Positions 20,494 to 30,837 are shown, numbered from the stretch's first letter. The stretch: 64,000 bases of DNA from Aulosira sp. ZfuVER01 (GCA_034530615.2 JAVRCV020000030.1:1-64000); one strand, 5' to 3'. The notes: generated by a model not told the origin, from the letters alone. Translations and numbers: made by a program.

Positions 20494-21048
20494 TTAACTA
20501 ACTTCTTGCCATCCATGCATGGGTGCTATGCTTTTAATCGCCCATTCAATCATGATGGGAGGAGCTTCAGAAATCATGATGCTGGGATAAACTGCTGTAC
20601 CCCAGTTCGGATGTACTAGCACACGGCATTTATTTTTAATGACTGGGTAATGAAGCAAAGCTTTAACTACTGCTGTATCGTCATGAGGAACGCTTCCAGG
20701 ATGGGAAAGTAACGGATAGCCTGTGCGAGGATCTATGAGGTCTGTTAAATAGTTGCGATCGCGGAGATTAAATGCCAAATCACAACCAAACCGCATAAAC
20801 TTTTCTCTTAAGCGTTCTTTCTCAGCTTCAATTACTGCTGTACTTTCATGAAGTTGATATCGCGATTGCTGTAAAACAATCGCTACCCATAAAAAAGACT
20901 GCTGTTTCCAATCTGGTAATATCCGTTCGCAGTTGGCACAGATATACTGGCTAGGAGAATGAATGGAAATCTGAATAGCTTGTCCCGTTTTGCCAACCAA
21001 ATGAATGGGATAGCTTTGCTCCGAAGAGTAAACTTTGGAATAGTTCAC
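20494..21048 (-). CDS. MMADHC/CblD-like protein
   Basis: EKERLREKF, DLIDPRTGYP and CRVLVHPNWGTAVYP resemble the CblD C-terminal domain. Confidence 0.75.
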   Translation of the reverse strand: MNYSKVYSSEQSYPIHLVGKTGQAIQISIHSPSQYICANCERILPDWKQQSFLWVAIVLQQSRYQLHESTAVIEAEKERLREKFMRFGCDLAFNLRDRNYLTDLIDPRTGYPLLSHPGSVPHDDTAVVKALLHYPVIKNKCRVLVHPNWGTAVYPSIMISEAPPIMIEWAIKSIAPMHGWQEVS

Positions 21049-21587
21049 TACATTGATTCGGTGGTTGCAAGTTTTTAACTTTAATCTTCGGTATTCATAA
21101 TAACTCTTAAAACTTTATAAAAGTCATCAAATTTTTCTAATGGTTGAGTTATTTTCCAGATTTGTGGGTGAAGTGTTAAGTTTTAATCAGATTTTTATCT
21201 TTTATTAACTTAATTTCCATCAAACTGATTTGTTTGCTGTGAAGCCTCATATCTGAAAGTACATCCAAAACTACCAGAAGTATCTCCAGAAAATAGTACT
21301 CACGGCACAAATTCTAGGCTATTACGCATTTAAATTATATATTTCGCGTTTATGTTGCCAATATTCAAAAGTCCAGAGTCAAAGGCTCACTTGGACTGAC
21401 TCTTGACCCTGGACATCTCACAAACGAGGATATTTAATCTAGGCGTACATCAGCTTATGACTTACTCGACAGCAGTCACATTTCGTCGTTTTATGAAGAT
21501 AAGAGCGTTAGTATAGTACTCACATAACAAAACCACAAAACTTCTAAGGTGAAGTTATGTTTTGTATCTAAATATGTTAAGGCTTGA

Positions 21588-21794
21588 TTAATCTAACTTT
21601 AAAGCATTGACTGGAACATCATCCCAAGAATCAACCATCCGCAATTGCGCTACCCAGCCGGCTGCTTTTTGTGTCTCACTCAAATTATCCTCAAAGGATT
21701 CATGACAATCTTTGGCTTGAGACTCGTTACAACTGGCAATACAAGCATGAATCATGCCTGACGGATCAATTTGCTCGTTTACCCAAATAGTCAT
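21588..21794 (-). CDS. Small conserved cyanobacterial hypothetical protein
   Basis: 68 aa, MTIWVNEQIDPSG...SWDDVPVNALKL. Confidence 0.7.
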   Translation of the reverse strand: MTIWVNEQIDPSGMIHACIASCNESQAKDCHESFEDNLSETQKAAGWVAQLRMVDSWDDVPVNALKLD

Positions 21795-22149
21795 AGAGTT
21801 TGCCCTCAACAACTGTAGTGAAAAAAGCGATTTGTCCTTCTAGAATACTATTAAAACTCAAAATTGCCGAGTAAATAAAAAATTGGACATTTTGATAAGT
21901 TAAGAATCATAAATAGCAGTTCTGATATCATTTCATTTGCAAAACTTAAGATTTGGGGTGATGTAAAGACTTAGAGAAGAAGGAATGTGGAGAGATTATA
22001 ATAAGTAAGTGATGCGCCGAAATTAATATTACTTGATGAGAGTACAAACATTTTGCTATTAGGGAAAAGATTTAAAGATCATAGAGGACAGGATTTATCC
22101 TTGAACTTTTTGCTTTTCCCCAAAAGCAGAGTATTTTTTGATGAATCTA

Positions 22150-22554
22150 TTATGGTTTTTGGGTGGCGATCGCTAATTTAGCTCCCTGCACCTGACGTAA
22201 TCGATCCATAACAGCCACTACCTGACCGTGATGAACTTGCGTATCGGCATTAATAATTACCAACGCTTCTTGCTTCTCACCCATTAATGTGCGTACTTGC
22301 GCTGCTAACACATCGAGATTAACCGATTTGCGGTTTACACTAATTTTTCCAGCTGCATCTACTGTGACATTAATTGGCTCACTTGCTGCTTGTTGTTGTG
22401 CCGAAGCCGCCTTGGGTAAATTAACTGGTAAGCCTTCAGACCGAGTTAAAAACAGAGTTGACATGATAAAAAACGTCAATATCGCAAAGATGACATCAAT
22501 CATCGGCACGATATTAATCTGGGGTGGAATGTCTGGTTCCTCTGGGAGGCGCAT
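22150..22554 (-). CDS. exbD: Biopolymer transport protein ExbD/TolR
   Basis: INIVPMIDVIFAILTFF, LPVNLP and INAD motifs. The MRLPEEP start was chosen. Confidence 0.92.
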   Translation of the reverse strand: MRLPEEPDIPPQINIVPMIDVIFAILTFFIMSTLFLTRSEGLPVNLPKAASAQQQAASEPINVTVDAAGKISVNRKSVNLDVLAAQVRTLMGEKQEALVIINADTQVHHGQVVAVMDRLRQVQGAKLAIATQKP

Positions 22555-23191
22555 AAGATTTTTCTCCTCTTTCATAACGACGGCGGTAGAGTAATTCTAA
22601 CTGTCCACCATACTCCTGAATCGCAGCTATTTGGCGTTGATAGAGTCCCCGGAAGCTATTAGCAAATAAAAGTGTAAAGATAGCAACAACTAATCCTGAG
22701 GCTGTAGATACCAAAGCTTCACTAATACCTGCTGTCACGCCTGTTGTTTTTGTACCGCCGACATCACCGATATTGAGGGAGGCAAAGGAGGCAATTAAGC
22801 CTAAGACAGTACCGAGAAGCCCTAATAGGGGTGCTAGTCCGATGATAGTCTCAAATATGTTTTGGAAACGCTTGAGTAAAGGGATTTCGGCTTGTGCTTC
22901 ACTTTCTAATGCTAGGCGAAATTCCTCTGGAGTCGGTTCCTCTAATTCTAAAGCTGCTAGAAAAATTCGAGACATGGGTAAATCAGTATTTTGCTGCAAC
23001 TTATCTAAAGCGCCAACTACATTATCTAAGCGATAAAGTTGTAGCACCTCACGCACTACGCGATTTTGTCGATTATTTATCTTTACCCAAAATATGACTC
23101 GTTCGATAATTAGCGCTACTGCTAATACCGAAAATCCTAGTAGCGGCCACATGACCACGCCGCCCGCCGTAAACAAATTTCCCATTTCCAT
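22514..23191 (-). CDS. exbB: ExbB/TolQ/MotA proton-channel protein
   Basis: GGVVMWPL, APLLGLLGTVLGLI and GISEALVSTA. Confidence 0.92.
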   Translation of the reverse strand: MEMGNLFTAGGVVMWPLLGFSVLAVALIIERVIFWVKINNRQNRVVREVLQLYRLDNVVGALDKLQQNTDLPMSRIFLAALELEEPTPEEFRLALESEAQAEIPLLKRFQNIFETIIGLAPLLGLLGTVLGLIASFASLNIGDVGGTKTTGVTAGISEALVSTASGLVVAIFTLLFANSFRGLYQRQIAAIQEYGGQLELLYRRRYERGEKSYAPPRGTRHSTPD

Positions 23192-23317
23192 CTATAAGTT
23201 TTCCCACTCCTCAACAATGTTAGACTATAGCGCTCTTCTTGGATTTGTGAACTTACTCGTGGAAGCAGGAAATATTTACGGATGATTTAGGAAATTTTCC
23301 ATTCCAGTAACGAAGCC

Positions 23318-24040
23318 TCAATGCATTTTCGTAGCAATATCTATGTCATCACTTTTTAATTGCCCATCTTCCATATAAATAATGCGATCGGCAATATCTA
23401 GGATGCGGTTGTCGTGGGTAACTAACAAAATCGTACAGCCTTGTTCTTTAGCTAGCCTCTGCATTAATTCCACGACATCACGTCCCGATTTTTTATCGAG
23501 TGCAGCTGTGGGTTCATCTGCTAAGACAATTTTAGGATGACTGACTAAGGCACGGGCAATCGCTACTCTTTGCTTTTGTCCCCCTGAGAGGTTTTCTGCG
23601 TAATAATTTACACGTTCTCCCAATCCCACAGTTTCCAGCATGGCGATCGCTTTGTTATCCAGATCTTGATTGCGATAATGGTCATGTAACTCTAAGGACA
23701 TCCGTACATTTTCTTTAGCTGTCAAAAAGGTCATGAGGTTATGCGCCTGAAAAATATAACCGATCTGACGACGTAGCTTGGTTAACTGCTGTTTTTTAGC
23801 ACCACAGATTTCTTGCCCGAGAATTTTCAAACTACCAGCTTGAGCCGATCGCAATCCACCCATGAGGGTTAACAAGGTGGTTTTTCCCGATCCTGAGGGG
23901 CCGGTCATAATTACAATTTCACCAGCTTTAATCTCTAAATTAATATCGAATAATACTTGTTTTTGTAGCGCACCCTCACCAAAGTAGTGATTGAGGTTAC
24001 TAATATTAATTACTGGTTCCAAAGTAGATTTCGGTAACAT
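23318..24040 (-). CDS. devA: DevA-family ABC exporter ATP-binding subunit (family-level call)
   Basis: GPSGSGKT, LSGGQKQRVA and ADEPT, in an operon with devB- and devC-like genes. Confidence 0.85.
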   Translation of the reverse strand: MLPKSTLEPVINISNLNHYFGEGALQKQVLFDINLEIKAGEIVIMTGPSGSGKTTLLTLMGGLRSAQAGSLKILGQEICGAKKQQLTKLRRQIGYIFQAHNLMTFLTAKENVRMSLELHDHYRNQDLDNKAIAMLETVGLGERVNYYAENLSGGQKQRVAIARALVSHPKIVLADEPTAALDKKSGRDVVELMQRLAKEQGCTILLVTHDNRILDIADRIIYMEDGQLKSDDIDIATKMH

Positions 24041-24141
24041 ATATTTTCACGTTAATGAACAGATATTTTGTCTCATGCAGAGTCGCAAAGGAACAAAGAA
24101 ATCCTTCTGCCTCCTGCCCTCAGCCCTCTGCCTTATTTCTT

Positions 24142-25308
24142 TTAAAAAATATCAGCGGGGTCAGCAGCGCGTAATTTTCGCATAGCGATTACCCCAGAAA
24201 AACTACACATTATGACAGTTAAAATAAAGACAGTTATCGCCCTATCTATTTTCATGAAGATGGGCAGCAATGTGGCAGCGTATGTGAGTTTATATAGCCC
24301 CAAGGACAGTAAAAATGATGGTAGAAAACCTAACAATGCTAAAAACAAGGCTTCTTGCATTAGGACTCCCAGTAAATAGCGATCGCTATAACCCATTGCT
24401 TTGAGGGTGGCGTATTCTGGGAGGTGGTCGGAGACATCGGAATAAAGAATTTGGTAGACAATCACAATCCCGACAATAAACCCTACTCCTACACCTAATC
24501 CGAAAATAAAACCAATACCCGTACCTGTGGCCCAATAAGTTTTTTCAGTTTGGGCAAATCCTTCGGGAGTTAGAACTAAGACATCATTGGGTAAACCAGC
24601 TGCAAGTTGCGATCGCACTTTTTCAGGGTTTGCACTAGGTTTAAGAGTAATTAAGCCAACTTCAATGCGATCGGGTTTCCTGTCCGGGAATAGTTGCAGA
24701 AAGGTAGAGTCGCTAGTAATGACGTTACCATCAGCAGCGAAGGAAGCACCATTGCTAAACACGCCTTTGACATTGACGGCTTTACCATTGAGTTCTGTAC
24801 CAAAGTTGCCTGCTTTTTTAAAGATAGTGCCAACATCTCCATATTCTGGACGACCTGCTTGGTCAAACAAAACTTGATATAACTGTTTGAGATCATCCTG
24901 ATGTTGTTGGACTTCGGGAAATAGGAAGGCGGGTTGTGCTGGTTCGACACCCCACACCAAGATGGCGCGATCGAGACGTGTTTGGGGGTTTCGCCATTGT
25001 CCAGTGCTTATATATACAGAGTTTACTGACTGCACGCCGTCATAACTTAATGTCTGATACAACCGTTCACGAGAAAAGCTTTTCACCGAGAATAAAGTTT
25101 GAAATTGGGGATTAATTAAAACTAAATCTGCCTTTAAATTACGATGAGGTTGGACAGCGGCATCAAACAACGCGCTTTCAAAACCTAACTGAATAAACAT
25201 CAACATATCAGCAAAAGTAATACCTGCCACTGCAACTGCAAGACGGGTTTTTTCTTTCATTAACTGCCGCCAAGCTAGCGGAGTTTTGCGGAAGAGTTTA
25301 GACAACAT
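24142..25308 (-). CDS. devC: DevC-family ABC exporter permease (family-level call)
   Basis: TPLAWRQL, GITFADMLMFIQLGF, EYATLKAMGY and ADPADIF. ATG at 25308. Confidence 0.88.
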   Translation of the reverse strand: MLSKLFRKTPLAWRQLMKEKTRLAVAVAGITFADMLMFIQLGFESALFDAAVQPHRNLKADLVLINPQFQTLFSVKSFSRERLYQTLSYDGVQSVNSVYISTGQWRNPQTRLDRAILVWGVEPAQPAFLFPEVQQHQDDLKQLYQVLFDQAGRPEYGDVGTIFKKAGNFGTELNGKAVNVKGVFSNGASFAADGNVITSDSTFLQLFPDRKPDRIEVGLITLKPSANPEKVRSQLAAGLPNDVLVLTPEGFAQTEKTYWATGTGIGFIFGLGVGVGFIVGIVIVYQILYSDVSDHLPEYATLKAMGYSDRYLLGVLMQEALFLALLGFLPSFLLSLGLYKLTYAATLLPIFMKIDRAITVFILTVIMCSFSGVIAMRKLRAADPADIF

Positions 25309-25335
25309 CGGGAAACAACCCCTGAATAAATTCAC

Positions 25336-25356
25336 TTTATATCGAACATTCGTTAT
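25336..25356. promoter_or_regulatory. Candidate TetR operator, copy 2 (devB-devC intergenic region)
   Basis: TTTATATCGAACATTCGTTAT, 19/21 identical to 27327-27347. Confidence 0.65.
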
Positions 25357-25375
25357 TCTTTGAGATAAACAAACT

Positions 25376-26662
25376 TTACAGTTCAATGGCTGTCTGTACT
25401 TGCAAGTTAGTTAAACCTGCAACTCGCTTGCTATATTCAGGGTTAAGACGAATTTTGACTTCAATAACTCGGCTATCGAGGTTTTCTCCTGGTTGGTTGC
25501 TAAAAACGTTTTGTCTGTTTACCTGTAAGCCAATCTGGGAAACCTTACCGCGCAGTTCCCCTGTAAATGCTTGACCAGTAATTACTGCCTTTTGTCCCAG
25601 TTTTACTTTGCCAATGTCAGTCTGATAAACTTCTGCTACTGCAATCATCTGGTTAGTTTGAGCGAAGTCTGCAATCCCCGCATCCCCAATTTTTTCACCA
25701 GCGCGGTAATGAATTTTGAGAATTTGCCCTGCTGTTGGTGCTTTGATGTAAGCTGCTGCTAGGTCGGATTGGGCACGTTTGAGGGAAGCGATCGCATTTT
25801 CAACTTCCGTTTGGGCTGCGGCTACATCCACGGGACGAACTTCGGCAATACTATTGAGTGTGGCTTTGGCTTCGCTGACTTGTTTGTTACTAGTGGTGTT
25901 CATGCGATTAAGTGCTACTTTCGCTTCTGCTAGTTGTCTGCTGGCGGTGGTGTTAATCCGGTTGAGAACTGCTTTAGCTTCATCTAGTTGTTGTTTGGTG
26001 GTTTCTACACTCAAGCGCTTGGTGTCAAATGCAGAATTAGAAATTGCCCCATCTTTATATAACTGTTGGTAACGCAGGTATTCAGCTTGGGCGTTGTTGA
26101 GTTCTGCGATCAGTTTTTTAATTGTCGCTGCTTGGGCGTTTCTATCTCCTTGCCATTGTGCCTCTATGCGGGCGATCGCTTCTTGTTGACTTTGGAGATC
26201 GCCTTGGGATTGGGCTTGTAAGCGTTCCACAGTTGCTTGCTGTGCCTGAATTTCTCCCGTTTTCGCCCCCGCTTTCACTTGTGCAAGTTTAGCTTGGGCG
26301 ACTTGGACTTGTTTTTGCGCTTGGAGTACCGCAGTTTGCAAGCGATCGCGTGAATCTAAAATTGCGACAACTTGCCCAGCTTTGATGCGATCGCCTTCTT
26401 CAACGAGGATTTGGGCAATGCGATCGCCATCTAACGCTAAGGGTGCAGATAACTTAATTACCTCGGCTTCTGGTTGCAATCTTCCCAAAGCAGTCACCTT
26501 CTGCACAACTGGTGTACTTGGGATTTCCGATGTAGCTGTTCTGCCAACTTGCCCAAACTGAGAAATTGCATAAAAAACAATTCCACCTGTAATTGCCGTA
26601 GCAGTAATTCCTAAGGCAATTATCCCTTGATTTTTTGGTTTCAATAACAGCCGATGACCCAT
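25376..26662 (-). CDS. devB: DevB-family membrane fusion protein (family-level call)
   Basis: VTALGRLQP, a long coiled coil, AEVYQTDI and GLTNLQV. Confidence 0.87.
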   Translation of the reverse strand: MGHRLLLKPKNQGIIALGITATAITGGIVFYAISQFGQVGRTATSEIPSTPVVQKVTALGRLQPEAEVIKLSAPLALDGDRIAQILVEEGDRIKAGQVVAILDSRDRLQTAVLQAQKQVQVAQAKLAQVKAGAKTGEIQAQQATVERLQAQSQGDLQSQQEAIARIEAQWQGDRNAQAATIKKLIAELNNAQAEYLRYQQLYKDGAISNSAFDTKRLSVETTKQQLDEAKAVLNRINTTASRQLAEAKVALNRMNTTSNKQVSEAKATLNSIAEVRPVDVAAAQTEVENAIASLKRAQSDLAAAYIKAPTAGQILKIHYRAGEKIGDAGIADFAQTNQMIAVAEVYQTDIGKVKLGQKAVITGQAFTGELRGKVSQIGLQVNRQNVFSNQPGENLDSRVIEVKIRLNPEYSKRVAGLTNLQVQTAIEL

Positions 26663-26715
26663 TTTTCCCCGCTTTTAAGATTTAAGTTATGCATGGACAA
26701 CGTAACTGCTGGTGG

Positions 26716-27315
26716 CTAATTTTTACGATTAGCCAGTTCGCGATCAACTGATTGCTGCAAATATGCCATTAGCATTTTTGCCAACAAGGCACATTGTTCA
26801 GGAAAAGAAATCGTTTCATTCCCCCATAATTTTTCCAAAATTAAACCATTGACGAAACTTAATACAAAGGAAGCTAAAACCGGATCTTCAACGCCTAAAA
26901 AATCACAAGCTGCTTGCTGATATCGCTGATTAGCCCGCTTTAAAACACCACTTACTTTTATTTGTTCAGAGTCTTGATGCTGAGAAAAATCAACCCAGAT
27001 GCAAGTCCACTTAATAAAGTAATCTTCGTTTTTTACTAAGTATCTTGCTAATGCTGCCATTGCCTCTGGTAGCGGTTTTCTTCCTCCTAATTCTGCTAAT
27101 GCCATCGCCACATCTTGCTGGCTAATTTCTTCTAGGAATTGCTCAAATAAAGCTTGTTTACTGGGAAAGTAATGATACAGCGTCCCAGTTGAAACTCCTA
27201 AGCCTTGAGCAATTTCCCTCATAGTGATGGCACTGTAGCCTTTTTGGGCAAATAAGTCGAAGCACTTGCCGAGCAGTTCTTTACGGTATTGTTCGTGGTC
27301 AACAATCTTGGGCAT
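26716..27315 (-). CDS. TetR/AcrR-family transcriptional regulator
   Basis: MPKIVDH start and the HTH segment TMREIAQGLGVSTGTLYHYFPSK. Confidence 0.92.
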   Translation of the reverse strand: MPKIVDHEQYRKELLGKCFDLFAQKGYSAITMREIAQGLGVSTGTLYHYFPSKQALFEQFLEEISQQDVAMALAELGGRKPLPEAMAALARYLVKNEDYFIKWTCIWVDFSQHQDSEQIKVSGVLKRANQRYQQAACDFLGVEDPVLASFVLSFVNGLILEKLWGNETISFPEQCALLAKMLMAYLQQSVDRELANRKN

Positions 27316-27326
27316 AACTTAGACTA

Positions 27327-27347
27327 TTTATATCGAACGCTCGTTAT
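27327..27347. promoter_or_regulatory. Candidate TetR operator, copy 1
   Basis: Imperfect palindrome TTTATATCGAACGCTCGTTAT between the -10 box and the tetR start codon. Confidence 0.7.
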
Positions 27348-27352
27348 ATATT

Positions 27353-27382
27353 AAGATATAATCCTTAACACTGAGTTGTCAA
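27353..27382 (-). promoter_or_regulatory. Sigma70-type promoter of the tetR-devBCA operon
   Basis: TTGACA (27382-27377), 18-bp spacer, TATCTT (27358-27353). Confidence 0.6.
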
Positions 27383-27593
27383 GATACAGTTGATAACGTA
27401 AACAATTTTCTTTTTCTAAATCAATTTAATATCCAAAGCAACAGAATTTATTGCCGAGCATTTTTTTAGATGAAGCAATATGCATAATTAGTAAAAGGTG
27501 GCAACCTCCTGCGATGGAATAGCGTCTCATGGTTAGTTGTAGATGTGATGACTCCAAAGCGTCAAAAATACACTAAGTGATTAAAAAATCGGC

Positions 27594-28739
27594 ATGAAAT
27601 TTCAAATTTTATTCGGCTCTTTACTTTCCCAAATTAAAGGACGACATTGGTGGTTAAGTATCCTATTATGGATAGCTTTGGTTGCCCCAGCACAAGCGTC
27701 TGTAATCCTGCGCATCGCCATTGAAAGGAATGTCAATCAAGTAAGAGTTGGTAGCTCGACAACTGCAACAGTCAAGGATGGTACTGGTCGGACTCTGGGA
27801 CAATTGCCAGCGATGAGTGCATTTTATGCCCAACCTGTGTCTGGTGGCGTAGCTTTAGATAGATGGCAGTCTGGTTTATTTTGGATTGAACCCACAGGTA
27901 AAGGATTCGTTTATATTGGCGATCGCTGGTATCGTGGTAGAACGCTGGTTGTGCCCACAGACAAAGGCTTAACTGCTGTTAACTGGGTGGATACAGAGGA
28001 ATATCTCTACAGCGTTATTGGTGGTGAAATGGACGCCCAATGGCCCCAAGAAGCCCTAAAAGCTCAAGCGATCGCGGCTCGTACTTATGCTTTATACGAA
28101 CGGGAAAGGCAGCGCAGTAATCCCATTTACGATTTAGGTGATAGCCCAGATCGCTGGCAAATTTACAAAGGTGTCAGCAGTGAATCTCCGACTACCTACG
28201 CCGCCGTTGATGCTACAGCTGGACAAGTTCTAACTTACAACAACAAAATTATTCTCTCAGTCTTCCATGCTTGTTCTGGGGGACATACGGAAAATGTTGA
28301 AGATGTTTGGGGCAGCAAGGAGCCTTATCTGCGTGCTGTTCAAGACTACGATCAAAATGTCAAAGAGTGTAACTGGGTGAAAACCTTCTCACCTGCGGAA
28401 ATTAGTTCTAGGATTTCTGGTGTAGGCAATGTCACAGATATAATTCCAGAGGCACGCTCACCCTTCCAAAGTGTGAAAGTCCTGAAAATTATTGGTGACA
28501 GGGGCACGAAGGAGCTACAGGGCGAAGATGTACGTACTACACTCAGACTGAAGAGTACCCGATTTAATGTTAGTAAGGGAGCCGATGGTAGTTTTGTCCT
28601 TCAAGGACTAGGTTACGGTCATGCTATAGGTATGAGTCAGTGGGGAGCTTACAATCTTGCCCAGCGAGGCGCAAATTACCTACAAATTTTGGGACATTAT
28701 TACCAAGGTGTAGCTCTAACCCCAATTAAAGCGAAGTAG
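27594..28739 (+). CDS. SpoIID/LytB domain protein
   Basis: EEYLYSV, EALKAQAIAARTY, FHACSGGHT and GYGHAIGMSQWGA. Confidence 0.92.
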   Translation: MKFQILFGSLLSQIKGRHWWLSILLWIALVAPAQASVILRIAIERNVNQVRVGSSTTATVKDGTGRTLGQLPAMSAFYAQPVSGGVALDRWQSGLFWIEPTGKGFVYIGDRWYRGRTLVVPTDKGLTAVNWVDTEEYLYSVIGGEMDAQWPQEALKAQAIAARTYALYERERQRSNPIYDLGDSPDRWQIYKGVSSESPTTYAAVDATAGQVLTYNNKIILSVFHACSGGHTENVEDVWGSKEPYLRAVQDYDQNVKECNWVKTFSPAEISSRISGVGNVTDIIPEARSPFQSVKVLKIIGDRGTKELQGEDVRTTLRLKSTRFNVSKGADGSFVLQGLGYGHAIGMSQWGAYNLAQRGANYLQILGHYYQGVALTPIKAK

Positions 28740-28781
28740 TCTACTGCTGTAGTTGATTCAAAATTCCCAATTTATCGAAAA

Positions 28782-28827
28782 TTAGCCCTCTTCTGTCATT
28801 AATAAAAAAGTGACAAAGAAGGGCTAA
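28782..28827. terminator. Probable bidirectional terminator
   Basis: TTAGCCCTCTTCTGTCA...TGACAAAGAAGGGCTAA, between convergent genes. Confidence 0.6.
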
Positions 28828-28851
28828 AAATCTTTATATTGGGTTATTTGT

Positions 28852-30144
28852 CTATTTTCCTTCATCTAACCGTCGTTGCCATTCAGCGTCAATCTGTGCA
28901 GAACGCTCAAATTCCTGTTCGAGTAAGTCAGTTTCGCTGGAGTAAACTAAATCTTCTTTGCCGATCGTTTTTTCTGTAGCAAACTGGCGGGCGTAATCAA
29001 TTTTTTGCTGTAAACTGCTATCCATGTTTGTTAATAGCCTAGCTCGTGAAAGGCGATCGCGGTTACGTGCAGCAATTTTCCGATTGCGCCACTGAATCCA
29101 AAAATAACGCACTAACGGTACACCCAAAAAACCGATTCCATAAGCTAGCAGTAGCCAGTAAATCCCTTGAACAAAAACTACCAATTCGCCTAATTGGGCA
29201 GCAACTATGCCGTCTCTTAATAAACTTCCCAGCACTAAAGCAAGAACAAAATTGAGTATGCCCAACCCAGCACTGAGCATATTTTGTCCTGAACTGGCCT
29301 CACTAAAACGCCAGAGTGATTCCTCTAAATATACAGAGATCGATTGACGACGCTTTTTGCTGGCTTTTATCTGCAATTCTGGGAAGTAATAGACAATTTG
29401 CCCTTCTGGACTTACTTTTGGTTGCCCATTAAATCGTAGGAGAACAGGCAACATATAATCTTCGTATTCTTGTTGATATTTCTCCCCAATATTATCCAAG
29501 TAAGGAGCTATTTGTTCTGCTACCACTGCGCCACGATTATGCTGAATCACAGCAGCGATTTCCTGCCAACGACGTTCTTCTAACTTGGCATTTGGATTAC
29601 CATCACCAAACAAAAACGAAAAGACTGCCTCAAAGAAATTCAGATTACTTGTTTGATTTCTTTCACGTCGCCTTTGGTGGTATTCAGTCTGATAATTGGG
29701 GCTAAAATACCAAAATAAATCTGGGAAAAAAAAGAAGCCACCGCCCCCAGAATGACTGCTTCTATTGTTACCATCACGATCTGAGTTCATAGCAGTAACG
29801 ATCATGATGATGGTAACAGTAATTAAGGCGATAGAAACAATTAAGAAAATACCAAAGGAAATGCGAATCAGGTAAAACAGAGCACCCCAAACCTTTTGCC
29901 ACCATTCCTGCAACCTTAACTGCAAATATTTATTCTGTAAAATTGCCCGAAAATTTTGCGGAAATAAGTAAACAATATCACCAGATTCTGCTACCTGCAA
30001 ATGTCCGCCAGCATCAGAGGCCAAAGCTAATAACCCTTGTCCCGCCTCTGCGATATTTAATCCAGCCTGAGTTGCGACATCACCAACGGTGACACGATAA
30101 CCCAGTTGTTCTACAGCTTGCATAATGGTGGGATTAGGAGCCAT
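28852..30144 (-). CDS. Conserved membrane protein of unknown function (cyanobacterial/chloroplast type)
   Basis: RVTVGDVA, SFLFGDGNPN, IVYYFPELQ and several transmembrane segments. Confidence 0.8.
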   Translation of the reverse strand: MAPNPTIMQAVEQLGYRVTVGDVATQAGLNIAEAGQGLLALASDAGGHLQVAESGDIVYLFPQNFRAILQNKYLQLRLQEWWQKVWGALFYLIRISFGIFLIVSIALITVTIIMIVTAMNSDRDGNNRSSHSGGGGFFFFPDLFWYFSPNYQTEYHQRRRERNQTSNLNFFEAVFSFLFGDGNPNAKLEERRWQEIAAVIQHNRGAVVAEQIAPYLDNIGEKYQQEYEDYMLPVLLRFNGQPKVSPEGQIVYYFPELQIKASKKRRQSISVYLEESLWRFSEASSGQNMLSAGLGILNFVLALVLGSLLRDGIVAAQLGELVVFVQGIYWLLLAYGIGFLGVPLVRYFWIQWRNRKIAARNRDRLSRARLLTNMDSSLQQKIDYARQFATEKTIGKEDLVYSSETDLLEQEFERSAQIDAEWQRRLDEGK

Positions 30145-30339
30145 TGCTCTCCCCTCCTGTTAAATCTATTTACTCTCTTTATTCAAGTATAAAGTTTTAT
30201 TTGAGATGACTGGGGAGAGCGATCGCCAATTCAACATTCAATTTTTAATTTTTAAATATTTTAGTTTTTTATTGCCACTATATTCATGTTAAAATCATCT
30301 TCTTTGGCTTGGTTAAATAGCAACTTTTTTGCTCTAAAT

Positions 30340-30819
30340 ATGGTTCAGTACACTCTCGCTCAAAGCCCAGAAATTATTCTCACTGTTTCTGGCAAAGATT
30401 CAGCCAAAGCCCGTGAGAAAGCAATGGATCAGCTGATGGAACTGATGGATGCAGGTAAGCTACCCACAGAACTAGAAGAGGGATTTGGTCCGCAACAATT
30501 AATTGAAGTTAAAGAACCAACCGCTGAGACTGCTAGTGGTGAAGATGCAATTACTCAAGCTGTCCAAGTTCTCAGCAACCTTGCCACACTCAAGCTAAAA
30601 GTTCAGGAATCACGTACTGAAGCCTTAGAAATTCGCAAAGCGGTTGATATTCTCTTCTCAGACAATTCAGTGACTGAAGAGGAAATTACTCGCCTCAAAG
30701 AAGGTTTTAAAGTACTCAAAAATTTTGCCCAAGCTAATGTACGTTACCAAGATGCACGAACTAAAGCCGAACAAGCAAGACAAGTTCTAGATCAGGCTTT
30801 AAAATCACCTGATAAGTAA
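30340..30819 (+). CDS. Conserved hypothetical protein
   Basis: MVQYTLAQSPE...GKDSAKAREKAMDQL, helical. The ORF is open from 30286. Confidence 0.75.
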   Translation: MVQYTLAQSPEIILTVSGKDSAKAREKAMDQLMELMDAGKLPTELEEGFGPQQLIEVKEPTAETASGEDAITQAVQVLSNLATLKLKVQESRTEALEIRKAVDILFSDNSVTEEEITRLKEGFKVLKNFAQANVRYQDARTKAEQARQVLDQALKSPDK

Positions 30820-30837
30820 TAGTATTTGACAATTAGT

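Noticed and set aside
21315..21457. Possible MITE with termini TAGGCTATTACGC...GCGTACATCAGCTTA and an internal hairpin at 21371-21414
   Set aside because: The terminal repeats are too degenerate to support without a genome-wide search.
21049..23317. Cobalamin riboswitch upstream of the CblD-like gene or exbBD
   Set aside because: I recognised no B12-box or conserved riboswitch core.
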